A stretch of 64,000 nt of DNA. Source: the human T2T-CHM13v2.0 reference genome, Homo sapiens. Location: the NCBI RefSeq assembly GCF_009914755.1, contig NC_060944.1; one strand, 5' to 3'. The translations under genes and the position numbers were made by a program. The notes below the pieces were generated by a model. The model searched no databases. It was not told the DNA's origin and saw nothing but the letters and a program-made list of their open reading frames with translations. The stretch's first letter is position 1. Every line of letters begins with the position of its first letter. This document shows positions 25,145 through 39,876 of this stretch, in pieces.

Positions 25145-28100
25145 GCGTGGCCATTCCAACATGGCCAAATAGGAACGGCTCCAGTCTGTAGCTCCCAGCA
25201 TGATCAACACAGAAGAGAGGTGATTTCTGCATTTCCAACTGAGGTACATGGTTCATCTCATTGGGACTGGTTGGACAGTGGATGCAGTGCATGGATAGTG
25301 AGCCGAAGGAGGGCAGGACATAGCCTCACCTGGGAAATGCAAGAGGTTGGGGGATTTCCCTTTCCTAGCCAAGGGAAGCTGTGACAGACTGTATTTGGAA
25401 AATTGGGACACTGTTACCCAAATACTGCACTTTTCCAATGGTCTTAGCAAATGGCACACCTGGTGATAATATCCCATGCTTGGCTCAGTGGGTCCCATGC
25501 CCATGGAGCCTTGCTCACTGCTAGCACAGCAGTCCAAGATTGAACTGTGAGGCAGCAGCCTAGCTGGGGGAGGGGCATCCACCATTGTTGAGGTTAGAGT
25601 AGGTAAAGAAAGCAGTCGGGAAGCTCGAACTGGGTGGAGGCCACCACAGCTCAATGAGGCCTGCCTGCCGCTGCAGACTCCACCTCCGGGGGCAGGGCAT
25701 AGCTGAAAAAAAGTCAGCAGAATCTTCTTCAGACTTAAAAGTCCCTGTCTCACAGCTCTGAAGAGAGCAGTGGTTCCCTAGCATGGGGTTTGAGCTCTGA
25801 GAACAGACAGAATGCCTCCTTATGTGGGTCCCTGACACCCATGTAGTCTAACTGGGAGACACCTCCCAGTAGGGGCCAACTGACACCTCACAAAGTTGGG
25901 TGCCCCTCTGAGGCAAAGCTTCCAGAGGAAGGATCAGGCAGAAATATTTGCTGTTCTACAATATTTGCTGTTCTGCAGCCTCTGCTGGTGACACTCAGGC
26001 AAACAGGGTCTGCAGTGGACCTCCAGCAAACTCCAACAGACCTGCAGCTGAGGGATGTGACAGTTTGAAGGAAGACTAACAAACAGAAAGGAATAACATC
26101 AAAGTCAACAAAAAGAACATCCACACCAAAACTCCATCTGTAGGTCACCATCATCAAAGACAAAAGGTAGATAAAACCACAAAGATGGGGAGAAACCAGA
26201 GCAGAAAAGCTGAAAATTCTAAAAACCAGAGCATCACTTCTCCTTCAAAGGATTGCAGCTCCTCGCCAGCAACAAAACAAAGGTGGATGGAGAATGATTT
26301 TGATGAGCTGATGAGTTGATAGAAGTAGGCTTCAGAAGATTACTAACAACAAACTTCTCTGAGCTAAAGCAGAATATTTGAACCCATCATAAGGAAGCTA
26401 AAAATCTTGGGAAAAGATTAGATGAATGGCTAACTAGAATTAACAGGGTAGAGAGGACCTTACATGACCCGATGGAGCTGAAAGCCATGGCACGAGACAT
26501 ACATGATGCATGCACAATCTTCAGTAGCCAAATTGATCAAGTGGAAGAAAGGATATCAGTGATTGAAGATCAAATTAATGAAATGAAGCAAGAAGAGAAG
26601 TTTAGAGAAAAAAGAGTAAAAACAAATGAACAAAGCCTCCAAGAAATATGTGGCTATGTGAAAAGACCAAATCTACGTTTGATTGGTGTGCCTGAAGGTG
26701 ATGGGGAGAATGGAATCAAGCTGGAAAATACTCTTCAGGATATTATCCAGGAGAACTTCCCAGACCTAGCAAGGCAGGCCAACATTCAAATTCAGGAAAT
26801 ACAGAGAACACCACAAAGATACACCTTGAGAAGAGCAACCCCAAGACACATAATGGTCAGATTCACCAAGGTTGAAATGAAGGAAAAAATGTTAAGGGAA
26901 GCTAGAGAGAAAGGTTGGGTTACCCACAAAGGGAAGCCCATTAGACTAACAGTGGACCTCTCAAAAGAGACTCTACAAGCCAGAAGAGAGTGGGCGCCAA
27001 TATTCAACATTCTTAAAGAAAAGAATTTTCAACCTGGAATTTCATATCTAGCCAAACTAAGCTTCATAAGTGAGGGAGAAATAAAATCCCTTACAGAAAA
27101 AGCAAATGCTGAGAGATTTTGTCACCACCAGGCCTGCCTTACAAGAGCTCCTGAAGGAAGCACTAAACATGGAAAGGAACAACCAGTAGCAGCCACTGCA
27201 AAAACATGCCAAATTGTAAAGACCATCCATGCTAGGAAGAAACTGCATCAATTAATGGGCAAAATAGCCAGCTAACATCATAATGACAGGATCAAATTCA
27301 CACATAACGCTATTAACCTTAAATGTAAATGGGCTAAATGCCCCAATTAAAAGACACAGACTGGCAAATTGGACAAAGAGTGAAGACCCAACAGTGTGCT
27401 ATATTCAGGAGACCCATCTCACATGCAGAGACAGATATAGGCTCAAAATAAAAGGATGGAGGAAGATCTACCAAGCAAATGGAAAGAAAAAAAAGCAGGA
27501 GTTGCAATTCTAGTCTCTGATCAAACAGACTTTAAACCAACAAAGATCAAAAGAGACAAAGAAGGCCATTACATAATGGTAAAGGGATTAATTCAACGAG
27601 AAGAGCTAACTATCCTAAATATATATGCACCCAATACTGGAGCACCCAGATTCATGAAACAAGTCCTTAGAGATCTACAAAGAGACTCAGACTCCCACAC
27701 AATAATAATGGGATAATTTAACACCCCACTGTCAATATTACACAGATCAATTAGACAGAAGGTTAACAAGGATATTCAGGACTTGAACTCAGCTCTGCAC
27801 CAAGCAGACCTAATAGACATCTACAGAACTCTCCACCCCAAATCAACAGAATATACATTCTTCTCAGCACCATCTCACACTTATTCCACAATTGACCACA
27901 TAGTTGGAAGTAAAGCACTCCTCAGCAAATGTAAAAGAACAGAAATCACAACAAACTGTCTCTCACACCACAGTACAATCAAATTAGAACTCAGCATTAA
28001 GAAACTCAGTCAAAATCATATAACTACATGGAAACTGAACAACCGGCTCATGAATGACTACTGGGTAAATAACAAAATGAAGGCAGAAATAAAGATGTTC

Positions 28101-31100
28101 TTTGAAATCAATGAGAACAAAGACACAACATACCAGAATCTCTGGGACACATTCAAAGCAGTGTGTAGAGGGAAATTTATATCACTAAATGCCCACAAGA
28201 GAAAGCAGGAAAGATCTAAAATTGACACCCTAACATCACAATTAAAAGAACTAGACACATAAAAGCAAACAAATTCAAAAAGCTAGCAGAAGGCAAGAAA
28301 TAACTAAGAACAGAGCAGAACCGAAGGAGATAGAGACACAAAAAACTCTTCAAAAAATCAATGAATCCAAGAGCTGTTTTTTTTAAGAGACCAACAAAAT
28401 TGATAGATGGCTAGGAAGACTAATAAAGAAGAAAAGAAAGAAGAATCAAATAGATGCAATAAAAAATGGTAAAGGGGATGTAACCACCAATCCCACAAAA
28501 ATACAAACTACTACCAGAGAATACTACAAACACCTCTACTCAAATAAACTAGAAATTCCAGAAGAAATGGATAAATTCCTGGACACATACACCCTCCCAA
28601 GACTAAACCAGGAAGAAGTTGAATCCCTGAATAGAACAATAACAGTCTCTGAAATCGAGGCTATAATTAATAGCCTACCAACCAAAAAAAGTCCAGGACC
28701 AGAACGATTCACAGCTGAATTCTACCAGTTACAAACAGGAGCTGGTACCATTCCTTCTGAAACTATTCCAATCAGTAGAAAAAGAGGGAATCCTCACTAA
28801 CTCATTTTATGAGGCCAGCATCATCCCGATACCAAAGCCTGGCAGAGACACAACCAAAAAAGAGAATTTTAGACCAAATCTCCTGCAGTGCAAAAATCCT
28901 CAATAAAATGCTGGCAAACTGAATCCAGCAGCATATCAAAAAGCTTATCCACCAAGATCAACTTGGCTTCATCCCTGGGATGCAAGGCTGGTTCAACATA
29001 CACAAATCAATAAACGTAATCCATCACATAATCAGAACAAATGACGAAAACCACATGTTTATCTCTATAGACGCAGAAAAGGCCTTGGACAAAATTCAAC
29101 AGCACTTCATGCTAAAAAGTCTCAATAAACTAGGTATTGATGGAACATATCTCAAAATAATAAGAGCTATCTATGACAAACCCACAGCTGATATCATACT
29201 GAATGGGTAAAAACTGCAAGCATTCCCTTTGAAAACTGCCACAAGACAGGGATGCTCTCTCTCACCACTCCTATTCAACATAGTGTTGGAAGTTCTGGCC
29301 AGGGCAATAAGGCAAGTGAAAGAAATAAAGGGTATTCAATTAGGAAATGAGGAAGGTGAATTGTCCCTGTTTGCAGATGACATGATTGTATATTTAGAAA
29401 ACCCCATCATCTCAGCCAAAATCTCCTTAAGCTGATAAGCAAATTCAGCAAAGTCTAAGGATACAAAGTCAATGTGCAAAAATCACAGGAATTCCTAAAC
29501 ACCAATCACAGACAAACAGAGAGTCAAATCATGAGTGAACTCCCATTCACAACTGCTACAAAGAGAATAAAATACCTAGGAATCCAACTTACAAGGGATG
29601 TGAAGGATCTCTTCAAGGAGAACTACAAATTACTGCTCAATGAAATAAACGAGGACACAAACAAATGGAAGAATATTCCACGCTCATGGATAGGAAGAAT
29701 CAATATCCTGAAAATGGCCATAATGCCCAAGGTAAATCATAGATTCATGCCATCCCCTTCAAGCTACCAATGACTTTCTTCACAGAATTGGAAAAAACTA
29801 CTTTAAAGTTCATATGGAACCAAAAAAGAGCCCGCATCGCCAAGTCAATCCTAAGCCAAAAGAACAAAGCTGGAGGCATAATGCTACCTGACTTCAAACT
29901 ATACTACAAGGCTACAGTAACCAAAACAGCATGGTACTGGTACCAAAACAGTGATATAAACCAATGGAACAGAAGAAAGCCCTCAGAAATAACTCCACAC
30001 ATCTACAACAATCTGATCTTTGACAAACCTGACAAAAACAAAAATGGGGAAAGGATTCTCTATTTAATAAATTGTGCTGGGAAAACTGGCTAACTATATG
30101 TAGGGAGCTGAAACTGGATCCCTTCCTTATGTCTTATACAAAAATTAATTCAAGATGGATTAAAGACTTAAATGTTAGACCTAAAACCCTTAAAACACTA
30201 CAAGAAAACCTAGGCAATACCATTCAGGACATAGGCACGGGCAAGGACTTCATGACTAAAACACCAAAAGCAATGGCAACAAAAGCCAAAATAGACAAAT
30301 GGGATCTAATTAAACCAAAGAGCTTCTGCGCAGCAAAAGAAACTACCATCAGAGTGAACAGGCAACTTAGAGAATGGGAGAAAATTCTTGCAATCTATCC
30401 ATCTGACAAAGGGCTAATATCCAAAATCTACAAAGAACTTAAACAAATTTAGAAGAAAAAATCAAACAACCCCATCAAAAAGTGGGCAAAGGATATGAAC
30501 AGACACTTGTTAAAAGAAGACATTTATGTAGCCAACGGACACATGAAAAAATGCTCACCATCACTGGTCATCAGAGAAATGCAAATCAAAACCACAATGA
30601 GATATCATCTCACACCAGTTAGAATAGCAATCATTAAAATGTCAGCAAAGAACAGGTGCTGGAGAGGATGTGGAGAAATAGGAATGCTTTTACACTGTTG
30701 GTGGAAGTGTAAACTAGTTCAATCATTGTGGAAGACAGTGTGTCAATTCCTCAAGAATCTAGAACTAGAAATACTATTTGACCCAGCGACCCCATTACTG
30801 GGTATATACCCAAAGGATTATAAATCATGGTACTATAAAGACACATTCACACTTAGGTTTATTGCAGCACTATTCACAATAGCAAAGACTTAGAACCAAC
30901 CCAAATGTCCACCGATGATAGACTGGATTAAAAAAATGTGGCACATATACACTGTGGAATACTGTGCAGCCATAAAAAAGGATGCGTTCATGTCCTTTGT
31001 ATGGACATGGATGAAGCTGGAAACCATCATTCTGAGCAAACTATCACAAGGACAGAAAATCAAATACCACATGTTCTCACTCATAGATGGGAATTGAATA

Positions 31101-31315
31101 ATGAGAATACTTGGATACAGGGCAAGAAACATCACACCCTTGGGCCTATTGTGGGGTGGGGCTATGGGGGAGGGATAGCATTAGGAGAAATACCTAATGT
31201 AAATGATGAGTTAATGGGTGCAGTGAACCAACGTGGCACATGTATACATATGTAAGAAACCTGCACATTGTGCACAGGTACCCTAGAACTTAAAGTATAA
31301 TAATAATAATAAAAT
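25145..31315 (+). mobile_element. Full-length L1PA (approx. PA6/PA7), ORFs disrupted
   Basis: 5'UTR, ORF1 ATG 26185, ORF2 ATG 27283 (MTGSNSHIT), FADD motif, A-rich tail; perfect 15-bp TSD GAAAGTTCTAAATAT at 25130 and 31316. Confidence 0.96.
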
Positions 31316-33114
31316 GAAAGTTCTAAATATCTGAGAAATAATCAAACAGAAATAAGGCAGCCAACCTGGGAGTGTCCACTCCTGCATGTGTTGTTTCTCT
31401 TGTGCATCAGATTATAAAAGCTAAAAGTGGATTCCAGCCTCTGTGATTATTCTGTTTTGCTCTCTAAAGGAACAGCCAATCAGTGGTGGTTTGCATTCTC
31501 CTTTGCCTCTCTTCAGCATGTCACTTTAGGGTCAGGGTGCTGTTTGACAGGGTGAACTGGGATCCTCCCCTTTTCTCACTGAGGTGCTGTCTTGTCTTAC
31601 AGTCGGGAGCCAAGACCTGGGCAGTGCGGAGGACCAGCATACTGTGCCCCACAGACCTCCTGGATTGCTTCTTCATATGTGGGAAGAGTTAAGTGCTGTC
31701 CTGGATCTCTGATATATGGGCTGCTTTTAGTATTTGCCAAAAGGAAACTTTTAAAGCTTCTATTTCTTTACAAACACCAGCTTAATTGCTTATGGGAGGT
31801 AGGTTGTCATGGGGGCAGTAAAGAGTTCATTCAGGAAAAGAGTGGAGAAGGTGTACAATGGAAAATGGAATAAACCGTGTATGAGTCAGTTGTTATTCCA
31901 TAGGAAAAACCCTTAACATCTTAGGGACTAAAAGCAAGAAACTGTTCCTGTCACGCTCTGGAGCCTGCAGATGGGCTGGGGCTTAGCAGATCTGGTCTGG
32001 CTTGCCTTGTGTCTTCATCCTGGGGCCAATGCTGAAGGGGCTGTGCCTCCTTGGGTCAGTTTTTCTTCATGAAGTTTTGAAGGGGAGCAGGAGGACCCGC
32101 CTCTCACGTCTGCAGGGTTACGGTCTCTGTCCTTATCACATCTGTTAACATCCTATAGACCCAAGCAAGTCCCATGACCATGCACAAAGACAATGGGGGT
32201 TTATGCTGCATTTTCTGGCAGAGGGCATGGATGTATAGTTTTGTTCCAGTGAGGGAGACAGCTGTCCATCAATCCTGGCACACACCCTGAATCTAGGAAA
32301 ACCCCTCTTCTCTGAGCCATGACATGGCACATGCTTCCAGGAAGCCTGTAGCTTTCATTCTGTCAGTGGCTGTCTAAACTTTTGCTAACAAGGCTGACTT
32401 TTTTCAGTCTCCTGAGCTCCACCTGTGGTATCTGGGAATTGCTGTCTCCCTAGAAGGGATCCTTCATATGAGGAAAGCTCCTTTCCAAAGGCTTGTGTTT
32501 ATTCTCTATAAAAACAGGCTGGTCAAAGAGTATGGCCTGGTAGAGCCTTTTTTGGTCTGTGTTTTGTTATATATTAATTGCTGAGCTCTTCCTAATAGAG
32601 AATTCACTTCTACTCCCACCCAATGTGGTTCACGTGGTATCAGAATCATAGCCAAATAATTATGAAGGTGTGCATGTGCAGGATGGGGTTTTATGATGAA
32701 AACTCAAGAGGAAATAGAAGAAGGGGGCTGGGAAACAGTACTGACCCGCCTGCACTGCAAAGAGAGGTGCAGGTAGGATGAGGGGTGGGGAATGTGGCCA
32801 TCTCTTGTGAGGTGACACCATCTGGGGGAAGTGGAGGGTGCCTCTTCCTCAGCCTCTGCCCCTGTATCCTCTCCAGTGCCACAGTCCCTTCTGCCTCACC
32901 CCCTGTCTCTGCTCTAAGGAACAGTACAGAGTGTGGATGCTGGTGAAACGTGTTCATAGTAACCAGCCAGCCTGAAGCTTCATCATGCAATGGCTTGGCC
33001 ATTTCCTCGACACATGTATGCTAGGCTGAGAAGTTAGGAGGTGTTTCCATGACTTCCCAACTAGCTGACAACACAGGCCTGTGCATGTCGGGTGATCCTT
33101 ACGCGGAACTTTGC

Positions 33115-34350
33115 TGTATTTTGAATTTTTATTTTTTGCACCTTTTATTTTGCAGTGATTTCAAACTTACAAAAAGTGGGAAGAGTAATATAGAGAGCTC
33201 CTGTATACACTCAAATTCTCCCACTCTTAACATTTTGTCTCATGCTATTTCCTTCTCTTTCTATACGTGTACAAACTATTATAGGTTTTTCTGAGTCATT
33301 TGAGTGCAAATTGCAGAGATGACCTCTTTTATCCTCAGATACTTTCATGTGTGTGTCCTAAGGACAAGGACATTCTCTAACACAACTTCAGTGAAATGAG
33401 CAAAACCATGATGCCAATGTGGATACATCCTTTTGTGTAGTCTATTGTTCAGACAGTTTATCAATGGTGTTTCTTTGCCAAGCTTCCTTAGTCGCCTTTA
33501 ATCGGGAAAAGGTCTTCATTCTTTCTTGTCTTTGTTACCCTGTCATTTTTGAAGATAACTGGCTATTTTGTAGAATGTTTTCTGTTGGGGTCGTCAATCG
33601 ATTAGATTCAGGTGATGCATTTTTTCAGATGAAAATTATAGAAGTGATATTGGGTCCCTCAGTACATCATTCTGGGAGGCCAGGATACCATTGTCCAATT
33701 GCTGATGGATGTTAATATTAATCTCTAGATTTAGATAGCGTCTTCCAGGTTTCTCCACTCTAAGGTTACATTTTTTTGTTTGTATAATTAATAAGTATTT
33801 CACAGAGCAATACTTAGAAAATAGGTTTATGTTCTACTTGTTATTAAATTTTTACTTTATACCATTAGTATATAGTGATAATTCCTTCCTGAATTGATTG
33901 TTATTATGATGATTGTGACTTTTGTTTTCTAACTTCATCATTTCTTCTATATTTAGTAATGGTGTTCATTCCACTGTAAGGAAAACTTCCTTTTCTCATC
34001 TGTCTATTTATCTATATACCTACCCACCTAGCTTCTCTCTCTCCAGAGATTGAACTCATGGTTTCTTATTTTATTCAAGAAGTTATAATCTGATAATACT
34101 GTTATTCCAATGTGTAGATTATCTCACAGTTGGTTACCCAGAACTCCTTTAAGCAGCTTCCTCTGTTCTCTTGACATGTTTCCATTATTATTGGAGCCTA
34201 TCCTTACCTTCACATGTATTAATAACAAGAAGTTCTAGATCTATTTTATACTTTCCTTCATCCAACTCTAGAAGTACTGGCTGAAATCTGTGGTGAGTTC
34301 AGAAAGCAATCCCGAGTGGTGCCTGTGCTCATTCATTGCTACAGGGAGGC
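33115..34350 (-). mobile_element. Ancient L1M (L1MC-like) 3' fragment
   Basis: TTTCAAACTTACAAAAAGT.., AAGGACATTCTC.., T-rich L1M 3'UTR motifs. Confidence 0.55.
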
Positions 34351-34364
34351 CATGGTGCCTCGGT

Positions 34365-34504
34365 CAGTAGTTATTCACCTGGGGCAATTTTGCTTCCCAG
34401 GGCACACTGGTAATGTCTAGGACATTTTTGGTTGTTGCTACTTGGGAGGACGTGCTACTGGCATTCAGTGGACAGAGGTCAGGGATGCTGATAAACATTG
34501 TGTA
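34365..34504 (+). mobile_element. MER20 5' portion
   Basis: GGGGCAATTTTGC..CCAGGG..GACATTTTTGGTTG..GCTACTGGCAT..AGGGATGCTG. Confidence 0.75.
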
Positions 34505-34509
34505 TTCTT

Positions 34510-36600
34510 TCCCACAATGGTAGATTAGAAGTTTTCAGTGTGCCTCAAACACTTGGAAACAGCAAAATAGTACATAGTGATCAGCTCTGTGAGCTTTAAC
34601 TCAAGAAGGAGAGTGGGAATCCACTGGAATCCTGAAGGACACCTCAGATTCTGGGGAGGAGAACCTGCTCACTCAGATCAGCAACCTAAGCAGCCCCACC
34701 TTTCCTATGTATAGACTGTAGTGCAGCAGGGCCTTCTGTACTCCATACCCAGGTAGATGTTCAGGCATTCAGAGCACCTGTGTGCCTAAATCATCAGCCT
34801 TTGCTGCCTTACTCTTCCTGTGCAGAGACAGTGGTGAAGCAGGGCCCTCTCTGCTCCATGCCCAAGCAGACCTCCAGACTTGTAGAGCACCTGCTTACTT
34901 GGAACAACAGCCTGAGCTGGCCCAACCTTCCTCTGCAGAGATTGTGGTGTAACAGCACCCACTGCACTCCATGCCTAGGCAGATATCCAGGCATCTGGAG
35001 CACCCACTCCCCTGGATTAGGAATTTAGGCACTTTACCTCCTGCAGAGAACTTGAGTCCAATGAGGTTTCTCATGTTCATGCCTAGGCACATGTCTGGGT
35101 GCTCAATTGATGCCCACTGGAACTCCCACTCAGTGCTGGTGTCCGTACCTGCTATTGGAGCACCTGTAGTTATGCCTGTCCATCTTGTTCCCCTCATCCA
35201 GGGATGAGCAGGGAGCTCACACCATGGTGCACTTCAGGATCAGCCCAATGCCAGAGGCAACAGAAAGCTTCTCCCAGTAAACAAGAATAAAGTATATACC
35301 CATCTGCATTAGCCACAGCCAACTCTTACAGACAAGCGCCGTCTATTGGCCTGTAGACAAACCGCATAGCCGAATATAAAACATGCTGACAAAAGTGCAT
35401 AGGGTTATAGAAGCAAAGCCAAAAACCCTATAGTCACACCCCCTAGAGAGGGGTTGAAATGGAAAGAAAAACAATGATATAGAGAAAGATAGAAAAAAAT
35501 TCTGTCTGCATGAAAATAATTACAAAAATTAGAAGTGCCAGTGTGTCCAGATGAGAAAAAAACAGCACAAGAATCCTGGCACCATGAAATATCTGAATGT
35601 TGTGACACCATCAAAGGATCACATTATCTCTCCAGCAATGGTTCCTAACCAAAACGAAAAGTCGAAAATGACAGATAAAGAATTAAAAGCATAGATCACA
35701 AGGAAGCTCAATGAGATACAAGGTTGAAAATCAACAAAAACAAATTTCTTAAGCAATCCAGGAGACAAAGAAAGAGATGCACATTTTAGAAAGAAATCAT
35801 TCTGAGCTTGTGGAATTGATAAACTCCACTGAAGAAATTTCAAAATACAATTCAAAGTTTTATTATTAGACTAGACCAAACAAAACAAATCATTTCAGAG
35901 CTTCAAAATTGGTAGTTTGAACTAACCCAGTCAGACAAAAAAATGAACAGTCTTTGAGAAATATGAGGTTATATAAAATGACCAAACCTCTGAATTGTTA
36001 GCATTCCTGTGAGAGAAGAAAAAAACATAAACAACATGAAAAACATATTTGAGGTAATCCAAGAAAATTTCCCTAAACTTGCTAGTGTCATAGACATCCA
36101 GACACAAAAAATACAGAGAACACCTGCAAGATACCATACAAAATGAACATCAATGCCTATACTCACCAGGCTTTTCAAGGTCAATTAAATAAAAATCTTA
36201 AAAGCATCTAGAGAAAAATGTCAGATAATGTATAAAGGAAACCCCATCAGGCTAACTGCAAAGTTCTCAGTGGCAACTGTACAAGTCAGAAGTGATGGGA
36301 GCCTATTTTCAGCATTTTTAAAGACAAGAAAATTCAACCAAGAATTTCATATCCTGTCAAACTAAGCTTTATATGCAAAGAGAAATAAAATCTTTTTCAG
36401 ACAAACCATCACGAAGGAAATTTGTTACCACTAGACCAGCCTTGCATGAGATTCTTAAGGAAGTACTATACATGGAAACAAAAGAAAGAACCCTGCTACC
36501 ATAAAAGGAACTTAAGGACAAAGTCCACAGACCTTGTAAAGCAACTATGCAATAGAAACTACAAAGCAATCAGCTAATAAGTTCATGAGAGGATCAAAAT
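34510..36600 (+). mobile_element. Old L1 (L1PB/L1M-type) 5'UTR + ORF1, cut at the start of ORF2
   Basis: ~113-bp monomers at 34741/34854/34967/35077, degenerate ORF1, ends ATGAGAGGATCAAAAT. Confidence 0.75.
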
Positions 36601-37945
36601 TTCATTTATTTCTTAAATAACCATATGTAGTAATAGTTATAATTCTTCCCATTGTACAAATGAGTTAACTGAGTCTCCTCAAGATGACATCCCTCGCTCT
36701 CTCAGTAGGGGCTCCATCCACCAGTTTCCCCTTTATCAGTGAGTCTTCATTCTCTCAGCTACTGGGAGTGTGGCCACTGATGGCTCACAGCTGAGTCCTT
36801 CTGTGGGCATTGATCTGAGTCAAAGGAAGCTGCTTTGTCCAAGTTCATGTCCCTCCTGGAATTGCCTATTTTAAATAATAGGTCTATATGGGGGCACAAA
36901 ATGTTGACTCTTTTGCCCTAATACGCTACCACTCTGAGGCCGTCACCATTGCAGAGCTCTCCATGGGCCTGGCTGTGGCCTCTGCTGAGCTGCACCCCTG
37001 CCTGACTTTTCCCTCTGCCCCACCCCATGACCCTGCCTCCCCAGCACATGCCTCAGTGAGCCTCTTGCCTATGAATCTCCATCTGAGTCTGTTTCCAGGA
37101 ACCCTAACCAAGAGATGGTGGAGTCAGGACCCACACCACAAATATCCTGCCTTTTAAAGTACAGTGGGTGTTAGGTCTGTGAATGTTTGGAGGATGAGAC
37201 AATTCTTGTCTAGGAGACTGGATGTCTCTCTTCTCAGGATTCGAGGGGTAGGATGTTCCAAATGTTTTCAGACCTGAGACCTGTTTGGAAAAGTGGTGTT
37301 TTATCTGGAAAGTTACCTGTTCTTGAAAATCTCTTACTCAGCTGGGACTATTTGTCCCTCCTTACTCCTTAGCAAAATGAAATCCAAAGCTTCCATTTGT
37401 ATTGGACTTGGTGAAATATTTCACTTACCAAATTTCTTTGGATCCACCTGATGGGGAAGGCTAGGCAGGTAACATAAACCCCTTGTAATTTTGTGGAAAT
37501 ATGTAGAAGGGAATTTGGGGACAATAAGGCAGGTCATGTAATTTTCAGATAAATTTTGTTCGCATTGCACAATAAGGTTCATTTTCCACCCTGGCTCTGG
37601 GACTGGCACTTAGTGGTGTGTCAGCTCCATCATTTGTAGAAGTATCCTGGCTGCAGATAGCGGGAGTCCTGAGAAACACTGGCTGCCTCTCCCATGATGA
37701 CACTGGTGATTCACCAAAGGCCATGGGGGTGGTGTTCACAGAGTTGGTGCAGCGTCCTTAGCAGGGGCCCAGGTGGTTTCCTTCCATCTTCTCCATCATT
37801 CATTGGGCTCTTGTTCTTGGGCACACAGCTAATAAGTGAAAGGCAGACACCATAGTTGGAGACATTCTGTCCCACACTACAGCCAGAAAGGTGAGGAGTA
37901 GGAGCAGGAGGAGGTCACAGTGGGTGAGAGGAGGGTGTGGGGAGG

Positions 37946-37963
37946 GAGAGAGAGAGAGAGTGT

Positions 37964-38041
<78 letters not shown>
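37946..38041. repeat. Compound (GA)n(GT)n(GA)n microsatellite
   Basis: Direct read. Confidence 0.95.
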
Positions 38042-38043
<2 letters not shown>

Positions 38044-38609
38044 GATTCTTTCCAAGGCCTCTGTCTTTTCTATTCAGCATAGGCTTTTTTTTTTTTTTTT
38101 TGTGATGACCTGGCTGCCTTCTTAGATGTTATTGCCTGGATGTACGTCCTATGCCCCCTGGGGTGAGGAGGTCTAGGAAGTTTATTACCTGATGTTTTCA
38201 GCCTTTGCACTCAGGGACAGGCAAGAGAAAGGGAGTAGGGAATGGCTGGTGAGGTTTTCCAAACAAAGCTTCTTAATATGAGAATCCACAAAGAGTTTGT
38301 AGAAACTCCATTGTACTCAAAAGGTTACAAGTGCATTTGTGCAGGAGTGTGTGTATGCATACATACACACCATCTCTATAATACTCATCTGATTCCTAAT
38401 GGGATCATTGACTGTTACACCATTGTAATTTTGAATTACGGATGCTGAGATGTAAATGGAATGCCGTGAGTTTGCACTGAAATTAAAAGCAGACTCACCT
38501 CTTCGCTTTAGACATCCATTACTTTCAACTGAACTGGGCATCAGACTACCTCCTCTTTACATCCAATGAAAGTAGAATACAGGATTATGAAAGAGGATGA
38601 AATGGAGCA

Positions 38610-39300
38610 TTAAAAAGTCAGGAAACAACAGGTGCTGGAGAGGATGTAGAGAAATAGGAACACTTTTACACTGTTGGTGGGACTGTAAACTCATTCAACC
38701 ATTGTGGAAGACAGTGTGGCGATTCCTCAGGGATCTAGAACTAGAAATACCATTTGACCCAGCCATCCCATTACTGGGTATATACCCAGACGATTATAAA
38801 TCATGCTGCTATAAAGACACATGCACATGTATGTTTATTGCGGCACTATTCACAATAGCAAAGACTTGGAACCAACCCAAATGTTCAACAATGATAGACT
38901 GGATTAAGAAAATGTGGCACATATACACCATGGAATACTATGCATCCATAAAAAATGATGAGTTCATGTCCATTGTAGGGACATGGATGAAGCTGGAAAC
39001 CATCATTCTCAGCAAACTATCGCAAGGACAAAAAACCAACACCGCATGTTCTCACTCATAGGTGGGAATTGAACAGTGAGAACACACGGACACAGGAAGG
39101 GGAACATCACACCCCAGGGCCTGTTGTGGGGTGGTGGGAGGGGGGAGGGATAGCAATTGAAGATATACCTAATGCTAAATGACAAGTTAATGGGTACAGC
39201 ACACCAATATGGCACATGTATACATATGTAACAACCCTGCACGTTGTGCACATGTACCCTAAACCTTAAAGTATAATAATAATAACATTTTTTAAAAAAA
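38610..39300 (+). mobile_element. 5'-truncated L1PA 3' end
   Basis: ORF2 C-terminus ([12 protein letters not shown]..), 3'UTR, A tail; absent from the paralogous block. Confidence 0.93.
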
Positions 39301-39573
39301 GAAAGTAGAATACAGTTGAATAAAAGAGGATGAAATGGAGCACTCTAAAGCCAAGCCAGAGCCCACCTGCTAATCGCAGTCACTGAGTCCACAGCAGTGA
39401 TGATTTCTCTGGTGGTGAAGGCTTTGTAGGGAATGTGACCTAAGATATCCTCTCTTCCCCAGGAGCTCAGAGTATAGCTGGCAGAGGATTTATCTGAAAA
39501 CATTCAGTGCCATGAAAAACAAGGAAACACTTATTAAATACTAAGTGGATTTCAGAACTCAGGGAGCATGTGA

Positions 39574-39876
<303 letters not shown>

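Noticed and set aside
26472-30893. L1 ORF1/ORF2 fragments as active genes
   Set aside because: Numerous stops and frameshifts; retrotransposition-incompetent
36888-37157. ORF conserved with 59462-59740
   Set aside because: Both lie in a duplicated MLT1 LTR remnant; similarity reflects the duplication
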